A stretch of 64,000 nucleotides of DNA from Actinomycetota bacterium (GTDB lineage: Bacteria; Actinomycetota; Acidimicrobiia; IMCC26256; VFJJ01), in contig VFJJ01000051.1 in the NCBI GenBank assembly GCA_009886115.1, forward strand, positions 62,001-126,000, in the 5' to 3' direction. The stretch's first letter is position 1. The number at the start of each line of letters is the position of its first letter. The notes beneath the pieces are model-generated. The model was given only the letters and a program-made list of their open reading frames with translations, was not told the origin of the DNA and did not search any database. A program made the translations under genes and the position numbers. This document shows, piece after piece, positions 18,610 to 28,241 of the stretch.

Positions 18610-19497
18610 TCACGCAGCCGGAGGGAGGTGGAGGCGGATCTCGGCAGTGCGCTCCATGACCTCGACGAGGTCGCTGAAGTCGTGCTCGCCCAGGCCCAGC
18701 GCCTTGCCCAGCACCAGAATCTGGTGCACGGCCTCGGCAACCGGCATGGGGACGGCGGCTTCGCGGCCCACCTCCAGCATCAGCGCCGCGTCCTTGGCTG
18801 CCAGCTCGAGCGTGAACTCGGCCGGTCGCCCACGCTGATTGATCCCCTCGACCATGCGCTCGATGTAGAAGTTCGACGCTCCGGCGGTTCGCAGCATGTC
18901 GACGAGCATCCGCAGGTCGATGTCGTGACGGGCGCCGAGGGCCAGGCCCTCCATGGAGACCCAGGTCGCGGTGAAGGCCATCAGCGAGTTCACCAGCTTG
19001 CCCACGTTGCCGCAGCCGAGCGGACCGAGGTGGAAGGTCGCCCGTCCGAGGCTCGCGAGCAACGGCGTCACCCGCCCGACCGGCTCGGCGGCGCCCCCGA
19101 CGATGAAGACGAGGGCTCGGTTGCGAGCCCCGGGCGCCCCTCCGGTGAGCGGAGCTTCGACGAGATGGGTCCCCGCCGCTGCCAGCCGCGCGCCGACCGC
19201 TCGTACGGTGGCCGGGGCGTTGGTCGTGAGGTCGACGAGCACGGAGCCGGGCTCGGCGCCGGCGGCCCAGGCGTCGGCCACGGCTTCCATGATCGCAGGC
19301 GTCGGCAGGCTGAGGAACGTGACCTCGCTGGAGCGGGCGACCTCAGCGGGTGTTGCGCCGCGGTAGGCGCCGGCGTCCACCAGCGCGGCGAGCCGGGACT
19401 CGTCGAGATCGCCGACCGTAACCACGTGACCGTCGGCGAGCAGATTCGCAGCCAGGGCACCACCGATGTTGCCCAGACCGATGAACCCGATGCGCAT
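18610..19497 (-). CDS. NAD(P)-dependent beta-hydroxyacid dehydrogenase family protein
   Basis: MRIGFIGLGNIG, EAPLTGG, KLVNS, FTLELAAKD. Confidence 0.9.
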   Translation of the reverse strand: MRIGFIGLGNIGGALAANLLADGHVVTVGDLDESRLAALVDAGAYRGATPAEVARSSEVTFLSLPTPAIMEAVADAWAAGAEPGSVLVDLTTNAPATVRAVGARLAAAGTHLVEAPLTGGAPGARNRALVFIVGGAAEPVGRVTPLLASLGRATFHLGPLGCGNVGKLVNSLMAFTATWVSMEGLALGARHDIDLRMLVDMLRTAGASNFYIERMVEGINQRGRPAEFTLELAAKDAALMLEVGREAAVPMPVAEAVHQILVLGKALGLGEHDFSDLVEVMERTAEIRLHLPPAA

Positions 19498-19578
19498 GAC
19501 GTCCACCTGATGAGCCTCCGTCGTAACGAATGCCGGCACAGGGAGCGTAGACACGCCGAGGTGTGTCACGCTGTGAAT

Positions 19579-19821
19579 GTGAGCCAGCCCCAGATCGACA
19601 CCCGCCAGGACCAGCGCACCGACCATCGGACCTCCACCGGCGACGGCGACCACGATCGCTTCGCCCACTACGTCAAGAAAAACGCCATCGTCTCCTCGGC
19701 CGTGCTCGGTCACGAGGTCGAGGCCCTGTGTGGCAAGCGCTGGATCCCGTCGCGTGACCCGGAGCGGTACCCGGTGTGTCCCGAATGCAAGGCGATCTAC
19801 GCCGCCCGCTTCAGCGCCTGA
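19579..19821 (+). CDS. DUF3039 family protein
   Basis: GDHDRFAHYVKK..I..SAV.G..V.ALCGKRWIPSRDPERYPVCPECK. Confidence 0.92.
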   Translation: MSQPQIDTRQDQRTDHRTSTGDGDHDRFAHYVKKNAIVSSAVLGHEVEALCGKRWIPSRDPERYPVCPECKAIYAARFSA

Positions 19822-19983
19822 CCATCGAGGAGCGACGCCCGGCAGGGCCTCAGAGGAGCGGACACCATCCACCCTCCGCTGCGCGTTTGGCACCACACTG
19901 TGCGTGGGTACGCCGAACCCGTGAGAACGATCACCCTGGCCCCGGTCGCGTGACGTTCAGCCAAGGATGGACGAGGAGCCGCG

Positions 19984-21072
19984 GTGCCAGTCCCACAGTC
20001 GATCCTCGACGTGCCGGGCCGAACAACCCCGAGGATCTCGGTGGCGATCACGACGTACAACCGTGTCGAGCTGTTGCGTCAGGTGCTGGCGTCGCTGCTC
20101 GATGACGAGGCCAGCGCCGAGATCGTCGTGTACTCCGACGGGTCCGATGACGGGACGGCCGAGTTCCTGCGTGCGCTGGCTGCGCGGGAGCCTCGGATCA
20201 AGCCGCTCATCTCCACGGTCCGCTCGGGTCGGGTCTCAGGACGTCGACAGGCCGTCGAAGCCACGTCATCGCCGATCGTTCTGATGATCGACGACGACGT
20301 GCTCCCCGAACCAGGCCTGGTCAGTGGCCACGCCGAGCGCCATCGGAGGGCCGAACGCGACACCGTGGTCATGGGGTACATGCCGACCGAGGTGCCGGGG
20401 CGGTGGGCCAAGGGAACGTTCGCGACGCGCCTCTATGCCGCCGAGTACGAACGTCACTGCCGGTGGCTCGATGCCGAGCCCGAGTCGGTGCTGCTCGGGC
20501 TGTGGGGCGGCAACGTCTCGCTGCCGCGAGCGTCCTTCACCGAGGTCGAGGCGATCAGGTTCTGGCCCGACGAGTGCTATCACGAGGACCAGTTCCTGGG
20601 CTTCGAGCTGGCGCGCCTGGGCCTCGTCGGCTCGTTCGACCGGGGTCTGAGGGCCTCGCACCGGCATTCCCGTTCGATCGAATCCTTCGCTCGGGAGGCT
20701 CGGAACCAGGGTCAGGCTCGGGCGCTCATGGCCTCGAGATACCCCGAGCTCGTGGGTCTCGCCGATCCCGACGAGGTCGTCGGCGATCTTCCCCACCCGC
20801 TCCGGGCGGTGGTCCGCCTGGCCGACCGACCACGTTCCCATCGGTTGGTGCGCAGCTCGCTGATCGCTCTGTGCCGGGTCGCTGGCTCGACCCGGTGCGC
20901 CACGGTCGAGGAGCGGGCCGCCCAGATGTTGCGCCGGGTCGAGAAACGGGCGGGGCTCAACGACCAGCTCCGGAGCCGGACCGCCGCCGTCCCCCATGGC
21001 CGCGAGTCGGAAGAGGCTGCCGTGAACCCGAGCTACGATGCGCCGATGGCCCACGGGAGCACGATCGGGTGA
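19984..21072 (+). CDS. Glycosyltransferase family 2
   Basis: ISVAITTYNR, SDGSDDGT, IDDDV, HED. Confidence 0.88.
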   Translation: MPVPQSILDVPGRTTPRISVAITTYNRVELLRQVLASLLDDEASAEIVVYSDGSDDGTAEFLRALAAREPRIKPLISTVRSGRVSGRRQAVEATSSPIVLMIDDDVLPEPGLVSGHAERHRRAERDTVVMGYMPTEVPGRWAKGTFATRLYAAEYERHCRWLDAEPESVLLGLWGGNVSLPRASFTEVEAIRFWPDECYHEDQFLGFELARLGLVGSFDRGLRASHRHSRSIESFAREARNQGQARALMASRYPELVGLADPDEVVGDLPHPLRAVVRLADRPRSHRLVRSSLIALCRVAGSTRCATVEERAAQMLRRVEKRAGLNDQLRSRTAAVPHGRESEEAAVNPSYDAPMAHGSTIG

Positions 21073-22109
21073 GGGTGCTCGTCACGGGGAGCGAGGGCTA
21101 TCTCGGCTCCCTCACCGCTCCTTTCCTGGCTCGCCAGGGCCACGACGTGACCGGCCTCGACAGCGGGTTCTTCCGATCGAGCTGGCTGGGGCGGGGTCCC
21201 GACCTGGCCGTCGCCACGCGTATCGCCGACGTGCGCACGATCGGGGCCGACGATCTGACCGGCTTCGATGCCGTGGTGCACATGGGCGAGCTGTCGAACG
21301 ACCCTCTCGGCGAGCTCGATGCCGATCTCACGCACTCGGTCAACCATCGCGGCTCGCTGCGCCTGGCCGAGCTGGCCCGAGCCGCCGGTGTGGGTCGCTT
21401 CGTCCACATGTCGTCGTGCTCGGTCTACGGCGTGGCCTCCGAAGGTGACGTCGACGAGCGTTCGCCCGTCAACCCGCAGACCGCCTACGCCGAGTGCAAG
21501 GTGCTCGTCGAGCGCGATGTCGCAGCGCTGGCCGACGAACGCTTTTCGCCCACGTTCATGCGCAACGCCACGGCATTCGGCGCCTCACCGCGGCTGCGCT
21601 TCGACATCGTGGTCAACAACCTCTCGGGTCATGCGTTCACCCAGCGGCGCATCGCGATGACGTCGGATGGCACCCCCTGGCGCCCGCTCGTGCACGCCCT
21701 CGACATTGCCAAGGCGATCGGCTGCGTGCTCTCGGCGCCTCGCGACGCCATCCACGATGAGATCTTCAACGTGGGCGATTCGGCGCTGAACCTGCAGGTG
21801 CGCGACATCGCCGAGATCGTTGCCGCGGTCTTCCCCGGCTGCGGCCTGAGCTTCGGCGACCAGGGCGCCGACAACCGCTCGTACCGCGTCTCGTTCACGA
21901 AGATCAACAGCCAGCTCCCCGGCTTCTCGTGCGAGTGGGACATCGAGCGCGGCGCCCGTCAGCTCCGGACCCTGTTCGAGCGCATCGGGCTCACCGAGGA
22001 GCTCTTCCTCTCGCGTCACCACACCCGTGTCAAGCAACTCCAGTACCTCATCGAGACCGGCCAGGTCGACGCGTCGCTGTTTTGGGTGCCCGAGGCCGAT
22101 CGCGAGTAG
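21069..22109 (+). CDS. NAD-dependent nucleotide-sugar epimerase/dehydratase
   Basis: VLVTGSEGYLG, SSCSVYG, YAECK; GTGA overlap with the GT2 gene. Confidence 0.92.
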   Translation: MRVLVTGSEGYLGSLTAPFLARQGHDVTGLDSGFFRSSWLGRGPDLAVATRIADVRTIGADDLTGFDAVVHMGELSNDPLGELDADLTHSVNHRGSLRLAELARAAGVGRFVHMSSCSVYGVASEGDVDERSPVNPQTAYAECKVLVERDVAALADERFSPTFMRNATAFGASPRLRFDIVVNNLSGHAFTQRRIAMTSDGTPWRPLVHALDIAKAIGCVLSAPRDAIHDEIFNVGDSALNLQVRDIAEIVAAVFPGCGLSFGDQGADNRSYRVSFTKINSQLPGFSCEWDIERGARQLRTLFERIGLTEELFLSRHHTRVKQLQYLIETGQVDASLFWVPEADRE

Positions 22110-22137
22110 CTGTCGCCCCCCTGAACGGCCTCGGCTC

Positions 22138-22551
22138 TCAGCCCGGAACGATCTCGAAGTGGCCGCCATCGAGGGGTCGCAGAACATCGAAGTGGCGGCG
22201 ATCGAGCGTGAGGATCCTGTTCGTCTCGTAACGATGGGCGAGCACCACGAGCGACGCATCGGTGATCCCGATCTCCTGATCTCGGTACCGGTCGATGATC
22301 TCGGCGCACGACGTGAGCTCGGCGTCGTCGAGATGCGGATGCTCGTAGGCGCCGCCGGCCAGCTCCCTGATCATCGCCAGCTCGGCGTCGATGCCGAGCC
22401 TCGTCGCCATCAGGTAGTCGAGCTCGGCAACGACATAGGGCGACACGACGATCACGTCGGTTGTGGCCATGACGGTGCGAGCGATTGCCGCGTGCGCGGG
22501 CTCCCTGCGGTTGTACAGCGCCAGGAGTCCGCTGGTGTCGGCGACGATCAC
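22138..22551 (-). CDS. vapC: VapC PIN-domain toxin
   Basis: IVADTSGLLA, VVAELDY, TDASLV, TLDRRHF; GTGA overlap with the antitoxin. Confidence 0.92.
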   Translation of the reverse strand: MIVADTSGLLALYNRREPAHAAIARTVMATTDVIVVSPYVVAELDYLMATRLGIDAELAMIRELAGGAYEHPHLDDAELTSCAEIIDRYRDQEIGITDASLVVLAHRYETNRILTLDRRHFDVLRPLDGGHFEIVPG

Positions 22552-22757
22552 CGTTGCCCGAAGCCGACGAGCAGCTCGTCGACCCGTTCGCCGATGGGCT
22601 CGGCGTCGAAGAGGCCACAGGCTGGCCGGGGACGGGAAACGGCTGCGGCCACGGCATCGCGAATCACCTGGGCCTCGGAGCAACCCCGGCGGCGGGCCTC
22701 ACGCTCGATCGCCGCCTTCAACTCCTCCGGCAGGTAGATCGTCGTCTTGTGCACCAT
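22548..22757 (-). CDS. vapB: Ribbon-helix-helix VapB antitoxin
   Basis: KTTIYLPEELK..I..EA.RRG.SEAQVIRDAV...DELLVGFG; TATCAT 7 nt before the ATG suggests a leaderless mRNA. Confidence 0.88.
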   Translation of the reverse strand: MVHKTTIYLPEELKAAIEREARRRGCSEAQVIRDAVAAAVSRPRPACGLFDAEPIGERVDELLVGFGQR

Positions 22758-22796
22758 GCCATACATGATACCAGCTACGGCTTGCCGCTCGCCTCG

Positions 22797-24224
22797 TCAT
22801 CGGGGGCGGGTGTCGACGGTGGCCGCGACGGCGCCCGCGAGCACGGCTCCGACGATCACCGCCGCCAGGAGCCGGTGGAAACCCGCGGTGCCGTCGCTGT
22901 CGGCGATGGCGGTGATCGCCAGCGACACCCCGAGCGTGGTGCCGATGCGTTGGGTCGTGAAGCTGAGCCCGGAGGCGATGGCGTGCCTGTCGGTTTCGAC
23001 ACCCGTGACCCCGAGGGCGATGAACATCGGGAAGGCCAGACCCGACGCCACACCGAGCACGGCAACGGCAGGGAGGAACGTGCCGAGATCGGGCTCGGTG
23101 TCGAGCGTGAACCACAGCCAGGCGCTCGCGGCCAGGAAGAGGGTGATCCCGGGGATCATGAGCACCCGATGGCCGATGCGACCGGCGAAGCGGCCGGCCG
23201 TGATGGCTGCGATGCCCGACAGCAACGACATGGGGGCCATCACCACACCGGTCCGCAGCGGCGAGTAGCCCCATTCCGTGGTGAGGAAGAACGCCAGGCC
23301 GAAGAAGAGGCCGAACCACGAGACCCCGAGCGTGAACACCCCGAGATTGCCCTGGGCCACGGTGCGGATCCGCAACATCGTGAGATCGAGGATGGGGTTC
23401 GGCCGGTGCAGGCAGCGCCAGACGAGGTATCCCAGCACCACCACACCGCCGACGTAGGCGAGGAGCGACCGGCTGCTGGCCCATCCCCACTGCGGGCTCT
23501 TGACCACCCCGAGCGTGAGCAGCGACGCCCCGGCCATGATCAGCGCCGCTCCGAACGGGTCGGGCAGACGTCGCGAGCGGTCGATGGCCGTCTCGCGAAA
23601 GACACGCGGGCCCAGAGCCAGCACCACCAGCGCCACGGGGACGCTGATCCAGAACGCCCACGGCCATCCGCCCAGGTCGATCGCCAGGCCACCGACGGTG
23701 GGACCGAGCGTCGAGGCCACGGCGCCGGTCACCGCCCAGACACCGATGGCCGCCGACAGGCGCTCGACGGGGAACGCCGCGATCATCAGTGCCGCCGAGG
23801 CCGGTGTGTACGCCGCCGAACCGAGGGCCTGGACCCCCCGACCGACGATCAGGACCTCGGGCGCCCGAGCCAACGCTGCGATCACCGAGCCGGCGAGGAA
23901 GATCGCCACCCCGGCCAGCGTCAGCTTCTTGCGTCCCCACCGATCGGCCAGCACGCCGGCAGGCACGAGCGTGGCCGCGCCCACGATCGTGAAGATGTTC
24001 GTGACCCACGAGAGCTCGGCCGGACTGGCTTCGGGGAACTCGGCGACGATCTCCGGGAACGCCACCGACATCACCGACAACCCGATGCCGGTGAGCGCCG
24101 CCGACATGGCAGCCAACGCCAACACCATCCATGGAGCGTCGAGCCTTCGGAGCCTCGGGGCAGCTGAGGTTCCCGTCGCACGGGGAGCAGGCTCGACCGC
24201 CCCGGTCGGCCCGGATCGCGTCAC
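22797..24224 (-). CDS. MFS transporter (DHA2/EmrB-like)
   Basis: GVLADRWGRKK motif A, multiple hydrophobic helices, WPWAFWISVP. Confidence 0.9.
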   Translation of the reverse strand: MTRSGPTGAVEPAPRATGTSAAPRLRRLDAPWMVLALAAMSAALTGIGLSVMSVAFPEIVAEFPEASPAELSWVTNIFTIVGAATLVPAGVLADRWGRKKLTLAGVAIFLAGSVIAALARAPEVLIVGRGVQALGSAAYTPASAALMIAAFPVERLSAAIGVWAVTGAVASTLGPTVGGLAIDLGGWPWAFWISVPVALVVLALGPRVFRETAIDRSRRLPDPFGAALIMAGASLLTLGVVKSPQWGWASSRSLLAYVGGVVVLGYLVWRCLHRPNPILDLTMLRIRTVAQGNLGVFTLGVSWFGLFFGLAFFLTTEWGYSPLRTGVVMAPMSLLSGIAAITAGRFAGRIGHRVLMIPGITLFLAASAWLWFTLDTEPDLGTFLPAVAVLGVASGLAFPMFIALGVTGVETDRHAIASGLSFTTQRIGTTLGVSLAITAIADSDGTAGFHRLLAAVIVGAVLAGAVAATVDTRPR

Positions 24225-24257
24225 GGAGCGGTCGGCCCGGATCGCGTCACGGAGCGG
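24203..24257. repeat. Exact 26-bp tandem duplication spanning a stop/start junction
   Basis: cggtcggcccggatcgcgtcacggag at 24203-24228 and 24229-24254. Confidence 0.92.
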
Positions 24258-25092
24258 CCGAACCCCGCTGGAGCCCGGCCTCGGGCTCGAGCTCGGCCCA
24301 GACGGGCTCGCGCTTGTCGGCGAAGGCCATCGGCCCCTCGGCTTGATCCGGGTGGCCCCACATGCTCACGAGATGCCCAGCGCCGACCTTGCAGGCGTCG
24401 GTGAGCCCGTGCTCGAGCGCGGCCCACAAGGCCTTCTTCGTGGCCCGCATGGCCGCCGGAGAGTTGCGAGCGATCTTCTCGCCCAACTCCTGTGCCGCCT
24501 CACGCAGTCGCTCGGGCGGATCGACGATCTCGCTGATCATGCCCAGGTCGTAGGCCCGCTGCGCCGACATGCGCTCGTGACGGCCCAGGAACGCCATGCG
24601 CATCACGGCTTCGGCCGGCATCTTGCGGATGAGGCCGATGGCCTCGATGGCCACCACCTGGCCTATCGAGACGTGGGGGTCGAAGAACTGGGCATCCGAC
24701 GCCGCGATCACGATGTCGGCATCGGCAACCCAGTGGAAGCCGCCGCCGGCGCAGATCCCGTTGACGGCGGTGATCACCGGCTTCCACACCCGCTGGTGCC
24801 AAGCGGTGAAGTGCAGGTCGAAGTCGATCACGGAGTCCTGATACCGCTGCATCCCCTGGCCGTCGCTGGCGATCTCGGCCACGTCGACGCCGGTCTGGAA
24901 CGCCCGCCCTTCACCCGTGTGCACGATCACCCTGACCTCGGGGTCGTTGTCGAGCTCGGTCCAGGCATCGGCGAACTCGTCACGCATCTGTGCGTTCATG
25001 GCGTTGAGCACTTCGGGTCGGTTGTTGATGAGCCAACCCACGCGACCGTGGCGCTCGACCTTGAGATGCTCGTAGCGGCCGTATCCCGTCAT
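24247..25092 (-). CDS. Enoyl-CoA hydratase/isomerase family protein
   Basis: NRPEVLNAMN, GRAFQTGVD, AVNGICAGGG, FFDPHVSIG. Confidence 0.92.
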   Translation of the reverse strand: MTGYGRYEHLKVERHGRVGWLINNRPEVLNAMNAQMRDEFADAWTELDNDPEVRVIVHTGEGRAFQTGVDVAEIASDGQGMQRYQDSVIDFDLHFTAWHQRVWKPVITAVNGICAGGGFHWVADADIVIAASDAQFFDPHVSIGQVVAIEAIGLIRKMPAEAVMRMAFLGRHERMSAQRAYDLGMISEIVDPPERLREAAQELGEKIARNSPAAMRATKKALWAALEHGLTDACKVGAGHLVSMWGHPDQAEGPMAFADKREPVWAELEPEAGLQRGSAAP

Positions 25093-25126
25093 ACCTTCGT
25101 CCTCGTGCTCTCGACATCCCTTGTGA

Positions 25127-25969
25127 TCATTGGAGATCCTGCCAGTTGGCGTCGCGCTTCTCGGCGAACGCGAGCGGGCCCTCGGACTGGTCGGGATGAC
25201 CCCAGAGCCCGGCCAGGTGTCCGCCCCCGACCCGACAGGCGTCGGTGAGGCCATGCTCGAGCGCGGCCCAGAGCGCCCGCTTCGATGCCGCCATGGCCGC
25301 CGGCGAGTTCCGGGCGATCTTCTCGCCCAGCGCCTGGGCCTCGTCGCGGAGGCCGTCGGGGTCGTCGACGATCTGGCTGATGATCCCGAGCTGGTAGGCC
25401 CGTCGGGCATCGATCCGCTCGGCCCGGCCGGTCAGCGCCATGCGCAGCACCGACTCCATCGGGGACTTCCTGACCAGGGCGATGGTCTCGTACGCCGACA
25501 CCTGCCCGATCGACACGTGCGGGTCGGTGAAGGTGGCGCTTGACGCGGCGATCACGATGTCGGCGTCGGCCACGAAGTGCAGCCCGCCGCCAGCGACCAC
25601 GCCGTTCACCGCGCAGATCACCGGCTTCCAGATGCCGATCTGCCATGCGGTGAAGCGCAACTCGGCGTCGCGGGTGCGCCGTGAGTGCCGCCGCATCGCT
25701 TCCTTGTCACGGGCCATCTGCACGACGTCGACCCCGGTGCAGAACGCCCGTCCATTGCCGGTGTTGACGATCACCCGCACCCGGGGATCGGCGGCCAGCT
25801 CGAGCCAGGCCGCTTCGACCTCGTCGAACATGGTGGCGTTCATGGCGTTACCGGCGTCGGGTCGATTCAGGATCAGCCACCCGACGTGCCCGTGGCGCTC
25901 GACCACGACGGTCTCGTAGCTCGGGGCCGATCCGCCCGCGGGCTCCGGTGGTGCCGAGAGGGATGTCAT
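25127..25969 (-). CDS. Enoyl-CoA hydratase/isomerase family protein (paralog of 24247-25092)
   Basis: LNRPDAGNAMN, GRAFCTGVD, AVNGVVAGGG, FTDPHVSIG. Confidence 0.92.
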   Translation of the reverse strand: MTSLSAPPEPAGGSAPSYETVVVERHGHVGWLILNRPDAGNAMNATMFDEVEAAWLELAADPRVRVIVNTGNGRAFCTGVDVVQMARDKEAMRRHSRRTRDAELRFTAWQIGIWKPVICAVNGVVAGGGLHFVADADIVIAASSATFTDPHVSIGQVSAYETIALVRKSPMESVLRMALTGRAERIDARRAYQLGIISQIVDDPDGLRDEAQALGEKIARNSPAAMAASKRALWAALEHGLTDACRVGGGHLAGLWGHPDQSEGPLAFAEKRDANWQDLQ

Positions 25970-25974
25970 GGGGC

Positions 25975-26805
25975 TCACTTCCCGCTGAAGTTCGGCGGTC
26001 GCTTGTCGCGAAAGGCGCTGAAGCCCTCGCGAAAATCGGGGCTCCGCGACGAGAGCTCCATGGCGAAGGCCTCGTTGGCCAGGTGACGTTCGAGATCGAG
26101 GCCCAAACCGGTGTGGATCAACCACTTCGTGAGTCCCAACGCGACGGTCGAGCCGCCAGCCAACCGGAGCGTGAGCTCCTCGGCTGCTGCGAGCACCGCC
26201 GTGTGGTCTCCCGTCACCGACTGTTGCACCAGACCCATGGCGAGGGCTTCGTCTCCCGAGATCCGGCGGCCCAGCATCAGGAGATCCTTGGCCCGCGCCG
26301 CGCCGAGCAGCCGGGGCAACAGCCACGTACCGCCGCTATCGGGGGTGAAGCCCCGGGTCGAGAACGGTTCCCAGAAACGGGCGTCGGCCGCGGTCACGCA
26401 GAAGTCGCTGGCGATGGCCAGGTGGAACCCGACCCCGACGACCCAGCCCTGGACCGCGCACACGATGGGGGCCTGGGTCGAGAGCATCATCGAGATGAGC
26501 CGATGGGCCTGCACCGACAGCCGTCGCTGAATCGACCCGGTTCGGGGCTTGGGCGCATCAGGGTCGGCGGTGTTGCGGGCCACGATGTCGGCTCCGCCGC
26601 AGAAGTTCGGTCCGTTCCCCGTGAGGAGGATCGCCCGGAGGTCGGCGTCCTGCTGGGCGATCTCGAGGGCCGCGACGAGGCCGACCAGCATGGCGTCGTC
26701 GAGCGAGTTCTGCTTGTCGGGCCGGTCGAGCGCGATTCGGAGCACTCCGACGTCGGCGTCGAGTCGAACCTGGAGGCCGGCAGCAGACGAATAGCGCGCA
26801 GTCAT
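25975..26805 (-). CDS. Enoyl-CoA hydratase/isomerase family protein (PaaG-like)
   Basis: LDRPDKQNSL, FCGGAD, PDSGGTWLLPRL, DFREG..AF.DKRPP.F.GK. Confidence 0.9.
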   Translation of the reverse strand: MTARYSSAAGLQVRLDADVGVLRIALDRPDKQNSLDDAMLVGLVAALEIAQQDADLRAILLTGNGPNFCGGADIVARNTADPDAPKPRTGSIQRRLSVQAHRLISMMLSTQAPIVCAVQGWVVGVGFHLAIASDFCVTAADARFWEPFSTRGFTPDSGGTWLLPRLLGAARAKDLLMLGRRISGDEALAMGLVQQSVTGDHTAVLAAAEELTLRLAGGSTVALGLTKWLIHTGLGLDLERHLANEAFAMELSSRSPDFREGFSAFRDKRPPNFSGK

Positions 26806-26850
26806 ACGTCGTCCATCAGGTCTCGGGTCGGCGGGACGGGTCTGGTCATG

Positions 26851-28125
26851 TCAGTGCGGGTATCGCTCGGCGATGGCTTCGAGCGTGCCCTGGAGGGTCG
26901 TCGCGTTGCCCGGCACCTCCGGGAGCCGCACCGCCCCGTGCTCACGCGACGGCAGAAGGATCGTGGCATGGCCGGGCGCCGTCACCACGCCCCGTTGGTT
27001 CACGCCCTGGATCTCGCAGTCGACGGCGGGCCGTCCTCCGTCGGCGAGGTACGTGCGCACGACGGTTCCGCGCATCCAGGTGACGTCACCCACGTAGTTG
27101 AACAGGCGGAACTCGCAGTCGAGCTTCCAGAGCCAGGCGTCGTCGCCCATCCAGTTCGTGCACAGATGGATGAGCCAGGTCTCGCGCATGCGGCCGTAGT
27201 CGAACGTGGTGGGGTTCCCGGACTTCCGGGAGTACGCGGGGTCCCAATGGACGCGCTGCATGACGTCGGGGATGCCCAACTCGTCCTTGTGGTAAAAGCG
27301 CGGGATTCGCTGCCGGTTCTTCCAACCCAGCTTCAGCGCCCGTACGGCGTAGAGGCCCATGCCCATTCCGACGTGCCAGCACACCATGTCGGTGACGGTC
27401 AACGGGCCCTTGACGATGGTGTCGAGGGCATCGCCTTCGTGCACGTCCTCCCACCATCGGGGTTCGGCGCCTCGGGGCTGCTCGGCCGCGTAGGCCGCTT
27501 CGACCTCGGCCAGCAGCTCGTCGGAGACCGGCTCGATGGCGACCGCGTCGTACTTCTTGTTCTCGCGGGCCTTCTCGCGCTGCACGCGAATCATGTTGCG
27601 CAACTGGGCGCAGAGGATCGTGCCGGTCTCGTCGCGAAAGACCTGGGCGGTCCATTCGTGCACCGAGCGACCAGCGAACTCACCGGGCTTGTCGACGACG
27701 CCCACGAGGGCGTTGCGCCGGAAGTTGCGCAGGCCCGGCCGCAGCGGCGCGTACCACTCGCGCACGCTCGACGAGTAGAACGCGTGCACACCTCGGAGCG
27801 GATCGCCCTTCATGAGGTCGCGGTGCTCGTCGGCGACCCTGGTCACCTCGTCCTCGCCGATCAGCGTGTCGCCGCCAACGAGGGGCGGAGGCGCAATGGG
27901 ACCACCCCAACGGCTGGCGGTGGCGTACGCGGGGTCGCACCACAACGGGTTGTCGTCGCCGTAGCACTGGGCGACGATGCGGAAGGCGTCCTCGTTGGGC
28001 CGGAGGTAGTGCGGCGGGGCCGTGTGAGGCTCGGGAATCCCGATCCGTGAACGCAGCCTGGCGACGCCCTCGTCGGTGATCTGCGGCGGAGGCTTGGCGT
28101 CGTCGGTCTGCGCAGCGTCGGCCAT
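26851..28125 (-). CDS. MaoC/FAS1-like double hot-dog acyl-CoA dehydratase
   Basis: YGDDNPLW.DP.YA..S.WG...APP, then WWEDV.EGD.L...VKGPL, RVHWD. Confidence 0.8.
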   Translation of the reverse strand: MADAAQTDDAKPPPQITDEGVARLRSRIGIPEPHTAPPHYLRPNEDAFRIVAQCYGDDNPLWCDPAYATASRWGGPIAPPPLVGGDTLIGEDEVTRVADEHRDLMKGDPLRGVHAFYSSSVREWYAPLRPGLRNFRRNALVGVVDKPGEFAGRSVHEWTAQVFRDETGTILCAQLRNMIRVQREKARENKKYDAVAIEPVSDELLAEVEAAYAAEQPRGAEPRWWEDVHEGDALDTIVKGPLTVTDMVCWHVGMGMGLYAVRALKLGWKNRQRIPRFYHKDELGIPDVMQRVHWDPAYSRKSGNPTTFDYGRMRETWLIHLCTNWMGDDAWLWKLDCEFRLFNYVGDVTWMRGTVVRTYLADGGRPAVDCEIQGVNQRGVVTAPGHATILLPSREHGAVRLPEVPGNATTLQGTLEAIAERYPH

Positions 28126-28241
28126 GGCCCATCTTGATCCGGGAACCCCCGAGATGCGAAACCGGCTCGAACCGCGTCCTGCAGCCGAGTCCCGCCGATG
28201 AAGCCGGCGATTGCCGGTCGGATGCCGCCCTCGACGAGCGT

